Position numbers and translations under genes: made by a program. A DNA stretch of 64,000 bases from an uncultured Candidatus Rokubacteria bacterium (GTDB taxonomy: Bacteria; Methylomirabilota; Methylomirabilia; Rokubacteriales; DASRDR01): positions 576,001 to 640,000 of the forward strand of contig CAWDVE010000010.1 in NCBI GenBank assembly GCA_963805625.1, in the 5' to 3' direction. The first letter of the stretch is position 1. Each line of letters opens with the position of its first letter. Of this stretch, positions 20,034 through 28,633 are shown piece by piece. The notes under the pieces are model-generated. The model did not search any database. It saw only the letters and a program-made list of their open reading frames with translations, and was not told where the DNA came from.

Positions 20034-20762
20034 TCAGTGGCCAGATCCGGCGCGGGCGGCGACGACGGCTCGCCCGCGGTGGCGCGCCCACGCGCGGCCG
20101 ATGACGATGACGATGACCGCGAGTGACACCTGGACGGCGCGCTGCACCACCGGGTTCGGATGGCCTCCGAGCCAACCCTGCGCGACACGATCCCCGAGGA
20201 TCATCTCGCCGGCTACCCACCCGAGGATGGCCGCGCCGACGTCGACGATCCACCAGAACCGGGCCATTAGCCGGGCCAAGAGGCCGCTCCCCCAGATCAC
20301 GAGCGGGATGGACAGTCCCACGCCGAAGACGACCAGCACCATGTCGCCGTGGGCCGCTCCCGAGATCGCCAGGACGTTGTCGAGGCTCATGATCACGTCG
20401 GCAAGGACGATGATCCAGATCGCCTCGAGGAGCGTCGTGCCCTGGCGGACCGTCTCATGCTCCTCCGCCCTGTGGCCTTCCTGCGACAGGAGCTTGACGG
20501 CGATCCACAGCAGGACCGCCCCGCCTGACGCCTGGAGGAGAGGGACTCGCAGCAGAACACTGATGATCGCGATGAAGACGATGCGCAGGCCGACGGCGCC
20601 GACCGTTCCCCACAGGCGTCCCTGCCACTGCTGCCTCGCGGGCAGCTTCCGCACGGCCAAGGCGATGACGAGCGCGTTGTCGCCGGCCAGGGTGAGGTCG
20701 AGGATGACGATCTGGATCCACCGGAACCAGAATTCGGCGGTCGCCACCTCCGTCCAGTTCAC
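20034..20762 (-). CDS. TerC/YjbE-family membrane protein
   Basis: DLTLAGDNALVIALA and ADVIMSLDNVLAI motifs. Confidence 0.9.
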   Translation of the reverse strand: MNWTEVATAEFWFRWIQIVILDLTLAGDNALVIALAVRKLPARQQWQGRLWGTVGAVGLRIVFIAIISVLLRVPLLQASGGAVLLWIAVKLLSQEGHRAEEHETVRQGTTLLEAIWIIVLADVIMSLDNVLAISGAAHGDMVLVVFGVGLSIPLVIWGSGLLARLMARFWWIVDVGAAILGWVAGEMILGDRVAQGWLGGHPNPVVQRAVQVSLAVIVIVIGRAWARHRGRAVVAARAGSGH

Positions 20763-21571
20763 CGGACCGGCCTCCGGAACACCTTGACCTCGCTGGACAC
20801 CTGGATCACGCCCGATGCCTCGCGAGCGACGGCGAGCGCCCCCTCGCGCTCGGCCTCCGATCCGACCACGCCCGCCAGACGCACGTGCCCCTCCGCCACC
20901 TGGATGTCCACATCCACCTGGGCCGTCGCCGCCGTCGCCTTCATGATCGCCCGAACGCGCGCCGCGAGGGCCCGGTCGGACAGCATCTGCCGCGAGGCCC
21001 GCGTGGGCTGAAACTCCGCCGAGGCCACCAGCCCGAGGACCTGCTCGACGGCCGTCATCACCCCGATGGTCTCCGTGTTGATGACGAGATCGTACAGGAG
21101 GGGGTCGGTCCAGTCGACATCGAACATCTGTCGCATGCGCGCCCGGACGCCGTCGTCGTACGCCGCGATCCGGTGCGTCGCCTCGGCATCGTCGATCCCG
21201 TGCCGCTCCATCACACGCCGCGCCCGGACCGCCGGCGGCGCGCAGACGCGCACGCGCGCCGCGTGCGAGATGCCGCGGAGGAAGAGCGTCGACCAGCGGC
21301 CGACGAGGACCACGCGATCCTGGAGAGCCGCCTCGAGCACGGCCGCCTCCAGGTAGGCGCGGTAGCGGACTCGCGGCCGGCGCAGGCGCTCGACCAGACC
21401 GGGAGCCTGCTCCACGATGCCGACGAGGCGCGACTCCCGAACCCGGTACTCTCTGGCCGCGTCCCGCAGGATGTCGTTCCGCAGGAACTGGTAACCGAGG
21501 CGACGCGCGACTTCGTGTGCGATGAGGGAGCCGAGGCTCCCCATCTCCCGCGTCATCGCGACCACCGGCAT
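20759..21571 (-). CDS. Cytidylate-kinase-like protein with C-terminal BON domain
   Basis: VVAMTREMGSLG, VLVGRWS, DPLLYDLVINT; C-term GHVRLAGVV...GVIQVSSEV. Confidence 0.85.
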   Translation of the reverse strand: MPVVAMTREMGSLGSLIAHEVARRLGYQFLRNDILRDAAREYRVRESRLVGIVEQAPGLVERLRRPRVRYRAYLEAAVLEAALQDRVVLVGRWSTLFLRGISHAARVRVCAPPAVRARRVMERHGIDDAEATHRIAAYDDGVRARMRQMFDVDWTDPLLYDLVINTETIGVMTAVEQVLGLVASAEFQPTRASRQMLSDRALAARVRAIMKATAATAQVDVDIQVAEGHVRLAGVVGSEAEREGALAVAREASGVIQVSSEVKVFRRPVR

Positions 21572-21587
21572 CCCGAGGCTCCTCCGC

Positions 21588-23102
21588 TCAGGTGCGGGTG
21601 GCCTCGGACGGTCTCAGCCGAGGACGCCGCATCAGCGGACCGAGAACGGGCAGCAGGAACAGCATGAGCGCCGCGGCGGTGATGACGGCGGCAATGGGGC
21701 GTGTCGCGAAGATGAGCACGGAGCCCTGCGACATGATCAAGCTCTGCCGGAGCGCGTTCTCCGCCATGTCGCCCAGCACCAAGGCGAGCACCAGGGGTGC
21801 CAGCGGATAGTCGAGCTTCTTGAAGACATACCCCAGGACCCCGAAACCCAGCATGTACCAGACGTCGAGCATGCTGTTGCTCACCGTGTAGGCGCCGATC
21901 GCGCAGACGAACACGATCAGCGGGACCAGGATGGCGAAGGGGATGCGGAGGATCGCCGCGAACGCCGGCACGCAGAAGAGCACCATGAGCACGCCGATGA
22001 CGTTCCCGGTGTACATGCTCGCGATCAGCCCCCACACGAACTCGGGCTTCTCGACGAACAGCATGGGCCCGGGCTGGAGGCCCCAGATGAGGAGCCCGCC
22101 GAGCATCACCGCCGCGGTCGGGGACCCGGGGATGCCCAGCGTGATCATGGGCAGCATCGCGGCGACTCCCGCCGCGTGAGCCGCCGTCTCCGGGGCCACG
22201 ACCCCTTCCAGCACGCCCGTGCCGAACTTCTCCGGGTGCCGCGAGAAGCGGCGGGCGAAGCCGTAGCTCATGAACGAAGCGGGGGTGGCGCCGCCCGGCT
22301 TGAACCCCATCCAGAAGCCGATCATCGAGCTCCGGAGGAACGTCCGCCAGTACCCGGCCAACTCGCGCCACGTCGCCACCATGTCCCGGAACCGCACCCG
22401 GGGCGTCACCCCGCGGAACCGGAGCCCTTCCTCCACGGTGAGGAAGATCTCCCCCAGCCCGAACAGGCCGATCACCGCGACGATGAACGACACGCCGCGC
22501 ATGAGCTCGATCGAGCCGAAGGTGAGCCGGAGCCGCCCGGTGACGACGTCGAGGCCGATGGCTCCCAGGATGAAGCCGAGCACGATCGACGCGAACGACT
22601 TGACCGGGCTGCCGCCTCCCAGTCCGATGAAGCTCGAGAAGGTCAGGAGCTGGATGGCGAAGAATTCCGGCGGTCCGAACTTGAGCGCGAGCTCTGCCAA
22701 GGGCTGGGCGAAGAAGGAGACGAGCACGATGGCGAACAGCGCGCCGACGAAGGACGACGTGAATGCCGCGGTCAGCGCCTGAGCGCCCTTCCCCTGCTTC
22801 GCGAGCGGGTATCCGTCGAGCGTCGTCGCCACCGACCAAGGCTCGCCGGGGATGTTGAACAGGATCGACGTGATCGCTCCACCGAAGAGCGCGCCCCAGT
22901 AGATGGAGGTGAGCAGGATAATCGCGGACGTCGGCGACATCGTGAACGTCAGCGGGAGCAGGATGGCCACGCCGTTCGCCCCGCCCAGCCCCGGCAGGAC
23001 GCCGATGATGGTGCCGAGTACGATCCCGATCACCGCCATGACGAGGTTGAACGGCATGATCGCGACCTGGAATCCGAGTAAGAGGTGCTCGATGCCTGCC
23101 AT
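21588..23102 (-). CDS. tctA: Tripartite tricarboxylate transporter large permease
   Basis: GVLPGLG, GGAITSILFNIPG, GVVAPETA, TLGIPGS; ATG 23102. Confidence 0.95.
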   Translation of the reverse strand: MAGIEHLLLGFQVAIMPFNLVMAVIGIVLGTIIGVLPGLGGANGVAILLPLTFTMSPTSAIILLTSIYWGALFGGAITSILFNIPGEPWSVATTLDGYPLAKQGKGAQALTAAFTSSFVGALFAIVLVSFFAQPLAELALKFGPPEFFAIQLLTFSSFIGLGGGSPVKSFASIVLGFILGAIGLDVVTGRLRLTFGSIELMRGVSFIVAVIGLFGLGEIFLTVEEGLRFRGVTPRVRFRDMVATWRELAGYWRTFLRSSMIGFWMGFKPGGATPASFMSYGFARRFSRHPEKFGTGVLEGVVAPETAAHAAGVAAMLPMITLGIPGSPTAAVMLGGLLIWGLQPGPMLFVEKPEFVWGLIASMYTGNVIGVLMVLFCVPAFAAILRIPFAILVPLIVFVCAIGAYTVSNSMLDVWYMLGFGVLGYVFKKLDYPLAPLVLALVLGDMAENALRQSLIMSQGSVLIFATRPIAAVITAAALMLFLLPVLGPLMRRPRLRPSEATRT

Positions 23103-23109
23103 CGCGCCC

Positions 23110-23574
23110 TCAGTAGCCGAGCCGGGCCTCGAGGGGCCCCTTCGGCAGAGGCACCAGGAACCAGACCTCGAAGATGAGGAAGGTCGCCACGGGGACCCCG
23201 ATCGCCACGAGGACAATCGTCACCCAGCGGTGTCGGCCGATCCACCGCATGTAGGCTGCCAGGTAGAGCGCGCCGCTCAAGTACAGCCCGAGGCCGTGCG
23301 TGAGGACTATCATCGCGACCGCAGGAAAGAAGACCGTCGCCACCGAGCGGAGCTGGCCGGGTCCCACGAACAGCGCGACGTCGTGAGTCCGTCGGACCGC
23401 ACCGGCGACGACGAGCACGGCCGACACGAGAAGGGCCACCCCCAGGTAAAACACGAAGAAGCCGGGCTGCGGGCCGTCGGTACTCCAACCGATGCCGAGC
23501 CGCAGGCCCTCGACGAGGACGACGATCGCGACGACCGCCAGGAAGACCCCACAGACGATGTCAGCCGTGCGCAC
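23110..23574 (-). CDS. tctB: Tripartite tricarboxylate transporter small permease
   Basis: GPQPGFF, TM helices, FLVPLPKG; position between tctC and tctA. Confidence 0.9.
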   Translation of the reverse strand: MRTADIVCGVFLAVVAIVVLVEGLRLGIGWSTDGPQPGFFVFYLGVALLVSAVLVVAGAVRRTHDVALFVGPGQLRSVATVFFPAVAMIVLTHGLGLYLSGALYLAAYMRWIGRHRWVTIVLVAIGVPVATFLIFEVWFLVPLPKGPLEARLGY

Positions 23575-23682
23575 GCGGTCTGTCTCCTCGATGGTCGTCC
23601 GGGTCGCGGACCGGGGTCGGCGTCGGCGCGCTGGCCGCTGCGCGGCACCTCCTCGACGGCCGGAGGCGCCGCGCCGGCGAGG

Positions 23683-24684
23683 CTACTTCAGCAGGCCGCC
23701 CTTGCTCATGAGGTCCTTGTGCAGCGACTCCGCGCTCTCCAGCCACTTGACGAACTCCGGTCCGGTCTGCCACGCAGGGTTCAGGGCGCCTTGCGCGAGA
23801 TACTCTTTGAACTCCGGCGTCTCGTAGACCTTCTGCAGCATCCCCTGGTAGTAGGCGACCGCCTCCGCCGGCATGCCCGGCGCCCCGAAGATGCCGCGCA
23901 GCATCAGGTAGCTGATGTCCGTCCCCAGGGCCTCCTTGATCGTCGGGATGTCTCCCCAGCCCGGCGCGGCCAGGCGCTTCGTGTCGAACACTCCCAGCGG
24001 GCGCACCCGGCCCGCCTTCAGATGCCCGACGCACTCGATCGGATTGTTCACCGTCGAATCCACATGGTTGCCGACCAGGTTGACACAGACTTCCCCACCG
24101 CCCTTGAACGGCACGTAGATGAACTTGATCCCCAGCGCCTGCTCGAGCTGAATCGTGATGATCTGGTCTTCCTGCGCGGTCCCGGTACCGCCCATCTTCA
24201 TCTTGCCGTCACCACCCGAGGCTTCCTTAACCGCAGTGATGTAATCCTTGGCGATCTTGAAGTCCTTCTTGTCGGGGCGGTCGGTGTTGACCCACAGGAT
24301 GAACTCGTCGAGCGCGAGCCGGGCGACGGGCGTCAGGTCCTTCCAGTTGAACGGCACCCCGGTGTGGAGAGGGGTGGTGAAGAGGTTCGACAGTGTGATG
24401 ATGATCGTGTGGGCGTCGCCGGACTTGGCCTTCACGTACGTGAAGCCCTCGGCACCGGCCCCGCCGGCCTTGTTCACCACGACGAGCGGCCGCGGCGACA
24501 GCTTGTACTTCTCCACGAGCGGGGCGATCAAGCGCGCCATCTGGTCGGCGCCGCCGCCCGTCCCTGCGGGAACGATGAATTCCACCGGTTTGGTCGGCTC
24601 CCACGCCTCCGCGGAGCCGGCAAGGCCTCCCAGTATGGTGAGTCCCAGGACCACGAGGGCGGCGGTCATCACTCGATGAGCCAT
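23683..24684 (-). CDS. tctC: Tripartite tricarboxylate transporter substrate-binding protein (Bug/TctC)
   Basis: Signal peptide; FIVPAGTGGGADQMAR, NKAGGAG, YVPFKGGGE. Confidence 0.93.
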   Translation of the reverse strand: MAHRVMTAALVVLGLTILGGLAGSAEAWEPTKPVEFIVPAGTGGGADQMARLIAPLVEKYKLSPRPLVVVNKAGGAGAEGFTYVKAKSGDAHTIIITLSNLFTTPLHTGVPFNWKDLTPVARLALDEFILWVNTDRPDKKDFKIAKDYITAVKEASGGDGKMKMGGTGTAQEDQIITIQLEQALGIKFIYVPFKGGGEVCVNLVGNHVDSTVNNPIECVGHLKAGRVRPLGVFDTKRLAAPGWGDIPTIKEALGTDISYLMLRGIFGAPGMPAEAVAYYQGMLQKVYETPEFKEYLAQGALNPAWQTGPEFVKWLESAESLHKDLMSKGGLLK

Positions 24685-24699
24685 GGAGCCTCCTTCTTT

Positions 24700-24734
24700 G
24701 GAGGTTCTTGGAAGTTCAAGGAGGTTCTTGGAAG
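24700..24734. repeat. Two 15-bp direct repeats in the tctC leader
   Basis: GGAGGTTCTTGGAAG at 24700-24714 and 24720-24734. Confidence 0.85.
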
Positions 24735-24760
24735 GTCTGGGGAGAAGCTGGCCAAGGCCC

Positions 24761-24808
24761 GAGATGCAAGAAGGGCCGCCAGCAGCCTGGCGGCCCTTCT
24801 TGCATCTC
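24761..24808. terminator. Perfect 22-bp stem, 4-nt loop hairpin after the oxidoreductase beta gene
   Basis: GAGATGCAAGAAGGGCCGCCAG-CAGC-CTGGCGGCCCTTCTTGCATCTC; terminator role inferred. Confidence 0.7.
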
Positions 24809-24847
24809 CGACGACGACGGCAGTGTCATCGCCTCCGCGTCACGCCG

Positions 24848-25873
24848 CTACGTTGGTAGCGGAATCTGCGAGGGCGCCTTGCGGAACGACACGACGCCCG
24901 GGATCTCCCAATTCTCCCACATCTCGTCGACCTTCGCCTGGAAGTACGCCAGGTCCCCCTCGGTGAAGTGCGCGAAGCGGCCCTGCTTGAGCAGGTACTC
25001 CCGGACGGGCTTCCGCTTCCGCCCTTCCACGATGGACTTGGTCTTACCGTAGTACTTCACGACCCCATCCTCGACCTCGTACAACGGAAAGATCCCGGTC
25101 TCCACCGCCAGCTCGCCGAGCTCGTGGGAAAGCATCGGGTCGTAGTCCCACCCCTTCGGGCACGGATCGAGCGAGTGGATGAACGTCGGCCCGCCGATGG
25201 TCAGCGCCCGGCGCACCTTGTTCATCATCTCCACGGCGTAGGAGGCGCACACGGTGGCCACGTAGCGGCACTCCGGATGACCGGCGGCCAGCATCCCGGC
25301 CATGTTCTTCTTCCAGCGGGTGTGGATGATCCGCTTGACGGCTCCGGGCGGGCTGAACGTCGTGTGAGCGCCGTACGGCGTCATCCCCGACAGCTGGATG
25401 TCGGTGTTGGCGTAGGACTCGTTGTCGTAGAGCAGGATCAGGGAGTTGTACTCCTTGTGGGTCAAGGTCGCGGAGATCGCGCCGAGCCCCATGTCCGCCC
25501 CACCCCCATCGCCGCAGAACGCGATGACGTTGATCGGCTCGGACTTCATCTTCCCCTTCTTCATGAGCGACTTGAGGCCTGCCGCCGTCCCGAGCGCCGC
25601 CGATCCCGACGAGCCGAGCTGCGTGTGCATCCATGGCACCACCCACGGCGTGGTGTAGTAGGTGGTGTTCGCGACGTACATGCACCCGGTCGAGCCCAGC
25701 ACGATCGTGCGCGGCCCGGACGCCTTCACCATCAGCTTCATCACGAGGGCCGACTCGCACCCCTGGCACGTCCGGTGGCCCGAGGTGAAGTACTCCTCGA
25801 TGGTGACCTTCTTGACGCCCTTGAAGGGCGACAGCATCTGCGTGTCGTTCGTGAACGTCGTGGTATCTGCCAT
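24848..25873 (-). CDS. 2-oxoacid oxidoreductase beta (TPP-binding) subunit, oxalate oxidoreductase-like
   Basis: GHRTCQGC, TGCMYVANT, GDGG, YDNESYANT, PCPKGW. Confidence 0.9.
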   Translation of the reverse strand: MADTTTFTNDTQMLSPFKGVKKVTIEEYFTSGHRTCQGCESALVMKLMVKASGPRTIVLGSTGCMYVANTTYYTTPWVVPWMHTQLGSSGSAALGTAAGLKSLMKKGKMKSEPINVIAFCGDGGGADMGLGAISATLTHKEYNSLILLYDNESYANTDIQLSGMTPYGAHTTFSPPGAVKRIIHTRWKKNMAGMLAAGHPECRYVATVCASYAVEMMNKVRRALTIGGPTFIHSLDPCPKGWDYDPMLSHELGELAVETGIFPLYEVEDGVVKYYGKTKSIVEGRKRKPVREYLLKQGRFAHFTEGDLAYFQAKVDEMWENWEIPGVVSFRKAPSQIPLPT

Positions 25874-25887
25874 GGTCTTCCTCCCCG

Positions 25888-27123
25888 TCACTCGCGCACA
25901 CCGAGCCAGTAGGTCGCCCGCTCCGTCCGGCCCGCGTTCGCCGCGGCGTAGCAGATGTCCACCGCCTTGTTCACGTCCTCGAGCGTGACCTCACGCCCGC
26001 CGAGGCCGCAGATGAAGCCGATCAGCGGGGGTCGATGTTCCGCGTTGTAGAGCGCCGCCCGGACCTCGTTGGCGACGACGCCGGAGCCGAACGGCGATCC
26101 GAACGAATAGTCCCGGTCGATGACCCCGATCGCCTTCGCGTGCCGGAGCGCCTTCGCCAGCTGCTCGTACGGGAATGGCCGGAACCACCGCAGCCGGATC
26201 AGGCCAACCTTCTTCCCTTGCTTGCGCAGGCTCCGGATCGCCACCTTGACCGGCAGCGATAGGGTCCCCATCCCCATCAAGATGATCTCGGCGTCCTCCG
26301 TCATGTACTCCTCGAACCAGGGGTTCTCCGGCCCGCGCCCGAATGTGTGACGGAAGTCGGCGTACACCTCCTCGATGACGCTGTACGCGCGCTTTATCGC
26401 CTCGTCGTTCTGGCGCCGGATCTCGATCACCCAGTCCTCGTTCACCTGCGGCGCCACCGTGATCGGGTTGTCCGGGTGGAGCAACAGGTCCCCCCGGTTG
26501 TACGCTGGCAGGAACCGCTGCACGCGCTCTTGCGGAGGCACCCGCGTGATCGTCTGGGAGTGCGTCAGGAAGGCGCCGTCGGCCGAGATCGCGATCGGCA
26601 GGAGGATCCGCCGATCCTCCGCCACGCGATATGCGATGAGCGTCGTGTCGAGGGCTTCCTGCGCCGTGTCGATCCATACGAGAAGCCACCCGAGATCACG
26701 TACGGACAGGGCGTCGTTGTGCTCCACCCCGAACGCGCCCGGATCGTCCAGCGCGCGGTTCCCAACGAGTGCCACCAAGGGAACGCGGAGGGCGGGGGTG
26801 ACAGTGATCGCCTCCATCGCGTACATCCAGCCCACGCCCGAGGACCCGCAGAAGACGCGCGCGCCCACGGTGGACGCGTGCTTGACGATCTCGAACTGGC
26901 TGTGCTCGCCCTCGGCGACGATGTACTCGGCGACGAGCTTGCCGTTGGCGATCTTCTTCGCGATCGCCTGCATCACCGTGTCGTAGGGCCGGATCGGATA
27001 GGCGGTGACGACGTCGATGTCGGCCAGCGTGAGGGCCTCGGCAACAGCCTCGCTGCCCGAGATCAGCATCTCCGTCTCGTCGAGGACCGCCGCACCCCCG
27101 GCGGGCTTGGTCGCGACTGCCAT
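25888..27123 (-). CDS. 2-oxoacid oxidoreductase alpha subunit, oxalate oxidoreductase-like
   Basis: YPIRPY, EGEH, GSSGVG, RALDDPG, RPFP, GLGG; ATG 27123 best spaced from GAGGAGG. Confidence 0.9.
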   Translation of the reverse strand: MAVATKPAGGAAVLDETEMLISGSEAVAEALTLADIDVVTAYPIRPYDTVMQAIAKKIANGKLVAEYIVAEGEHSQFEIVKHASTVGARVFCGSSGVGWMYAMEAITVTPALRVPLVALVGNRALDDPGAFGVEHNDALSVRDLGWLLVWIDTAQEALDTTLIAYRVAEDRRILLPIAISADGAFLTHSQTITRVPPQERVQRFLPAYNRGDLLLHPDNPITVAPQVNEDWVIEIRRQNDEAIKRAYSVIEEVYADFRHTFGRGPENPWFEEYMTEDAEIILMGMGTLSLPVKVAIRSLRKQGKKVGLIRLRWFRPFPYEQLAKALRHAKAIGVIDRDYSFGSPFGSGVVANEVRAALYNAEHRPPLIGFICGLGGREVTLEDVNKAVDICYAAANAGRTERATYWLGVRE

Positions 27124-27157
27124 GGACATCCTCCTCGTCTGTTGGCGTCCGTCGGGG

Positions 27158-28435
27158 TTAGGCGCCCGGCGCTTCGGGCACGCCGGTCACGATCGACGCC
27201 GTGTCGTGGATGTGTCGCTTCGGCTGGACACCCTTGCTCTTCGCGTTCTCGCCGGGAATCCCCTCGGGCACGGGCATCCCGCCCAGCTCGATCTCGCCCT
27301 GGGAGAGCTCCTCCTCGTACTGGCCCCGGTAGCGGAAGCCGTGCGAGCGCACGGTCGTGACCTTGTCGCGGATCTTCTCGGTGGACCAGACGCGGTAGGC
27401 GTCCTTGTCCTGGCGCCACATCTCCCACTGGCTCTGGTTGTCGTCGAAGGCGGCCTCGTTCACCATCGTGATGCAGTCCTTCACGGGGCAGACCGCCTCG
27501 CACACCCCGCACCCGCAGCACGCCTCCATGTTGGCGTCGTACAGCCCGTCCGGCGTTACGTCGAACACGCTGTCCGGGCACTGGATCCAGCAGAGCGTGC
27601 ACTTGACGCAGGTGTCGAAGTTCACGACCGGTCGCATCGTGCGGGTCGTGAACTTCTTGAAGTAGGGATTCCGCTCGGGCCGGTACCCCTTCCCGCCCTC
27701 GACCGGCTTGCCGACGGGAATGGCCGGGATGGTCACCCCTTCGCGCATCTCCCACCACTTCGGCATCTCGAAGGAGAACGGGACCTCGTCATTGCCTTCG
27801 TTCATCTGGATGCGCCGCCCGTCGACTCGCTCGTAGGCCTTGCGCGCGGACTCGGCCTTCAGCTCCGAGCCCCATTCGGCCTCCCGGATGGCCGCGCACA
27901 CCGCCTCGATGTCGAGGAACCCCGACGCGATCTTGGCCAGGGCTCCGAGGAGACGCGCCTCCGTGTGGTCTTCCTTGAAGACCCAGAGACCCGAGAACGA
28001 GGCTTTCGCAGGCAGGATCCAGAGGTGGTACGGCGAATCCTTCTTGTGGATGTCCCGGAGGAGCTCGCTCGGCGACCGCGTGGACGTCACGAGCAGATGC
28101 CCGCCCGAGAGGAGGAGACGGTTGATCGGCTGGAGCCCGTACCACGCCCACGACTCCACACCCTTGCAGAGGGTGTCATCCACGCAGATCGTGACGTGGA
28201 GCTCCTTCGGCTGGTAGCGAGCCATGTGCTGCTCGAGCTCCTCCTTGGTGTCCGCCACGATCGCGAAGTCCTTGGCCGGGATCCCGTTTCGCTGCGGGCT
28301 GTCGCCGTACCGTCCGAACGCGATCCCCCATCGCCCGGCCTTCCGGGACGAGAGCACGATCCCGCGGGTGATCCGCGCGGCGAGGTTCTTCTGGAAGATG
28401 CCCCGGTAGACCACCTCGACGGTGAGATGCGCCAT
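27158..28435 (-). CDS. 2-oxoacid oxidoreductase fused gamma/delta subunit (2x[4Fe-4S])
   Basis: YRGIFQK, YGDSPQRNGIP, CVKCTLCWIQCP and CCGCGVCEAVCP; ATG 28435 with AGGAGG. Confidence 0.88.
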   Translation of the reverse strand: MAHLTVEVVYRGIFQKNLAARITRGIVLSSRKAGRWGIAFGRYGDSPQRNGIPAKDFAIVADTKEELEQHMARYQPKELHVTICVDDTLCKGVESWAWYGLQPINRLLLSGGHLLVTSTRSPSELLRDIHKKDSPYHLWILPAKASFSGLWVFKEDHTEARLLGALAKIASGFLDIEAVCAAIREAEWGSELKAESARKAYERVDGRRIQMNEGNDEVPFSFEMPKWWEMREGVTIPAIPVGKPVEGGKGYRPERNPYFKKFTTRTMRPVVNFDTCVKCTLCWIQCPDSVFDVTPDGLYDANMEACCGCGVCEAVCPVKDCITMVNEAAFDDNQSQWEMWRQDKDAYRVWSTEKIRDKVTTVRSHGFRYRGQYEEELSQGEIELGGMPVPEGIPGENAKSKGVQPKRHIHDTASIVTGVPEAPGA

Positions 28436-28484
28436 GCACGGCCTCCTGCGGGCCCCGACGAGCACGGGACCCTGCTAGCGGTAT

Positions 28485-28535
28485 AGTGGTCCGACCTCTC
28501 AGCCAAAACCTACGGGAGAACACCACACCTGTCAA
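28485..28535 (-). promoter_or_regulatory. sigma70 promoter plus FadR/GntR-type operator
   Basis: TTGACA(28535-28530)-17nt-TAGGTT(28512-28507); pseudo-palindrome AGTGGTCCGACCTCT at 28485-28499. Confidence 0.7.
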
Positions 28536-28633
28536 CAGGCTTGGAACCGTGTTGGAACCGAGTCTCGCCGCCGCTCCGCGCTCGAGGTCCAGACGCCCCA
28601 AGGGAGCGGCAGGGGCCCGTGACGCCGGTCCGT

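Noticed and set aside
24700-24734. Direct repeats as a CRISPR array
   Set aside because: Only two 15-bp copies with a 5-nt spacer; no cas genes
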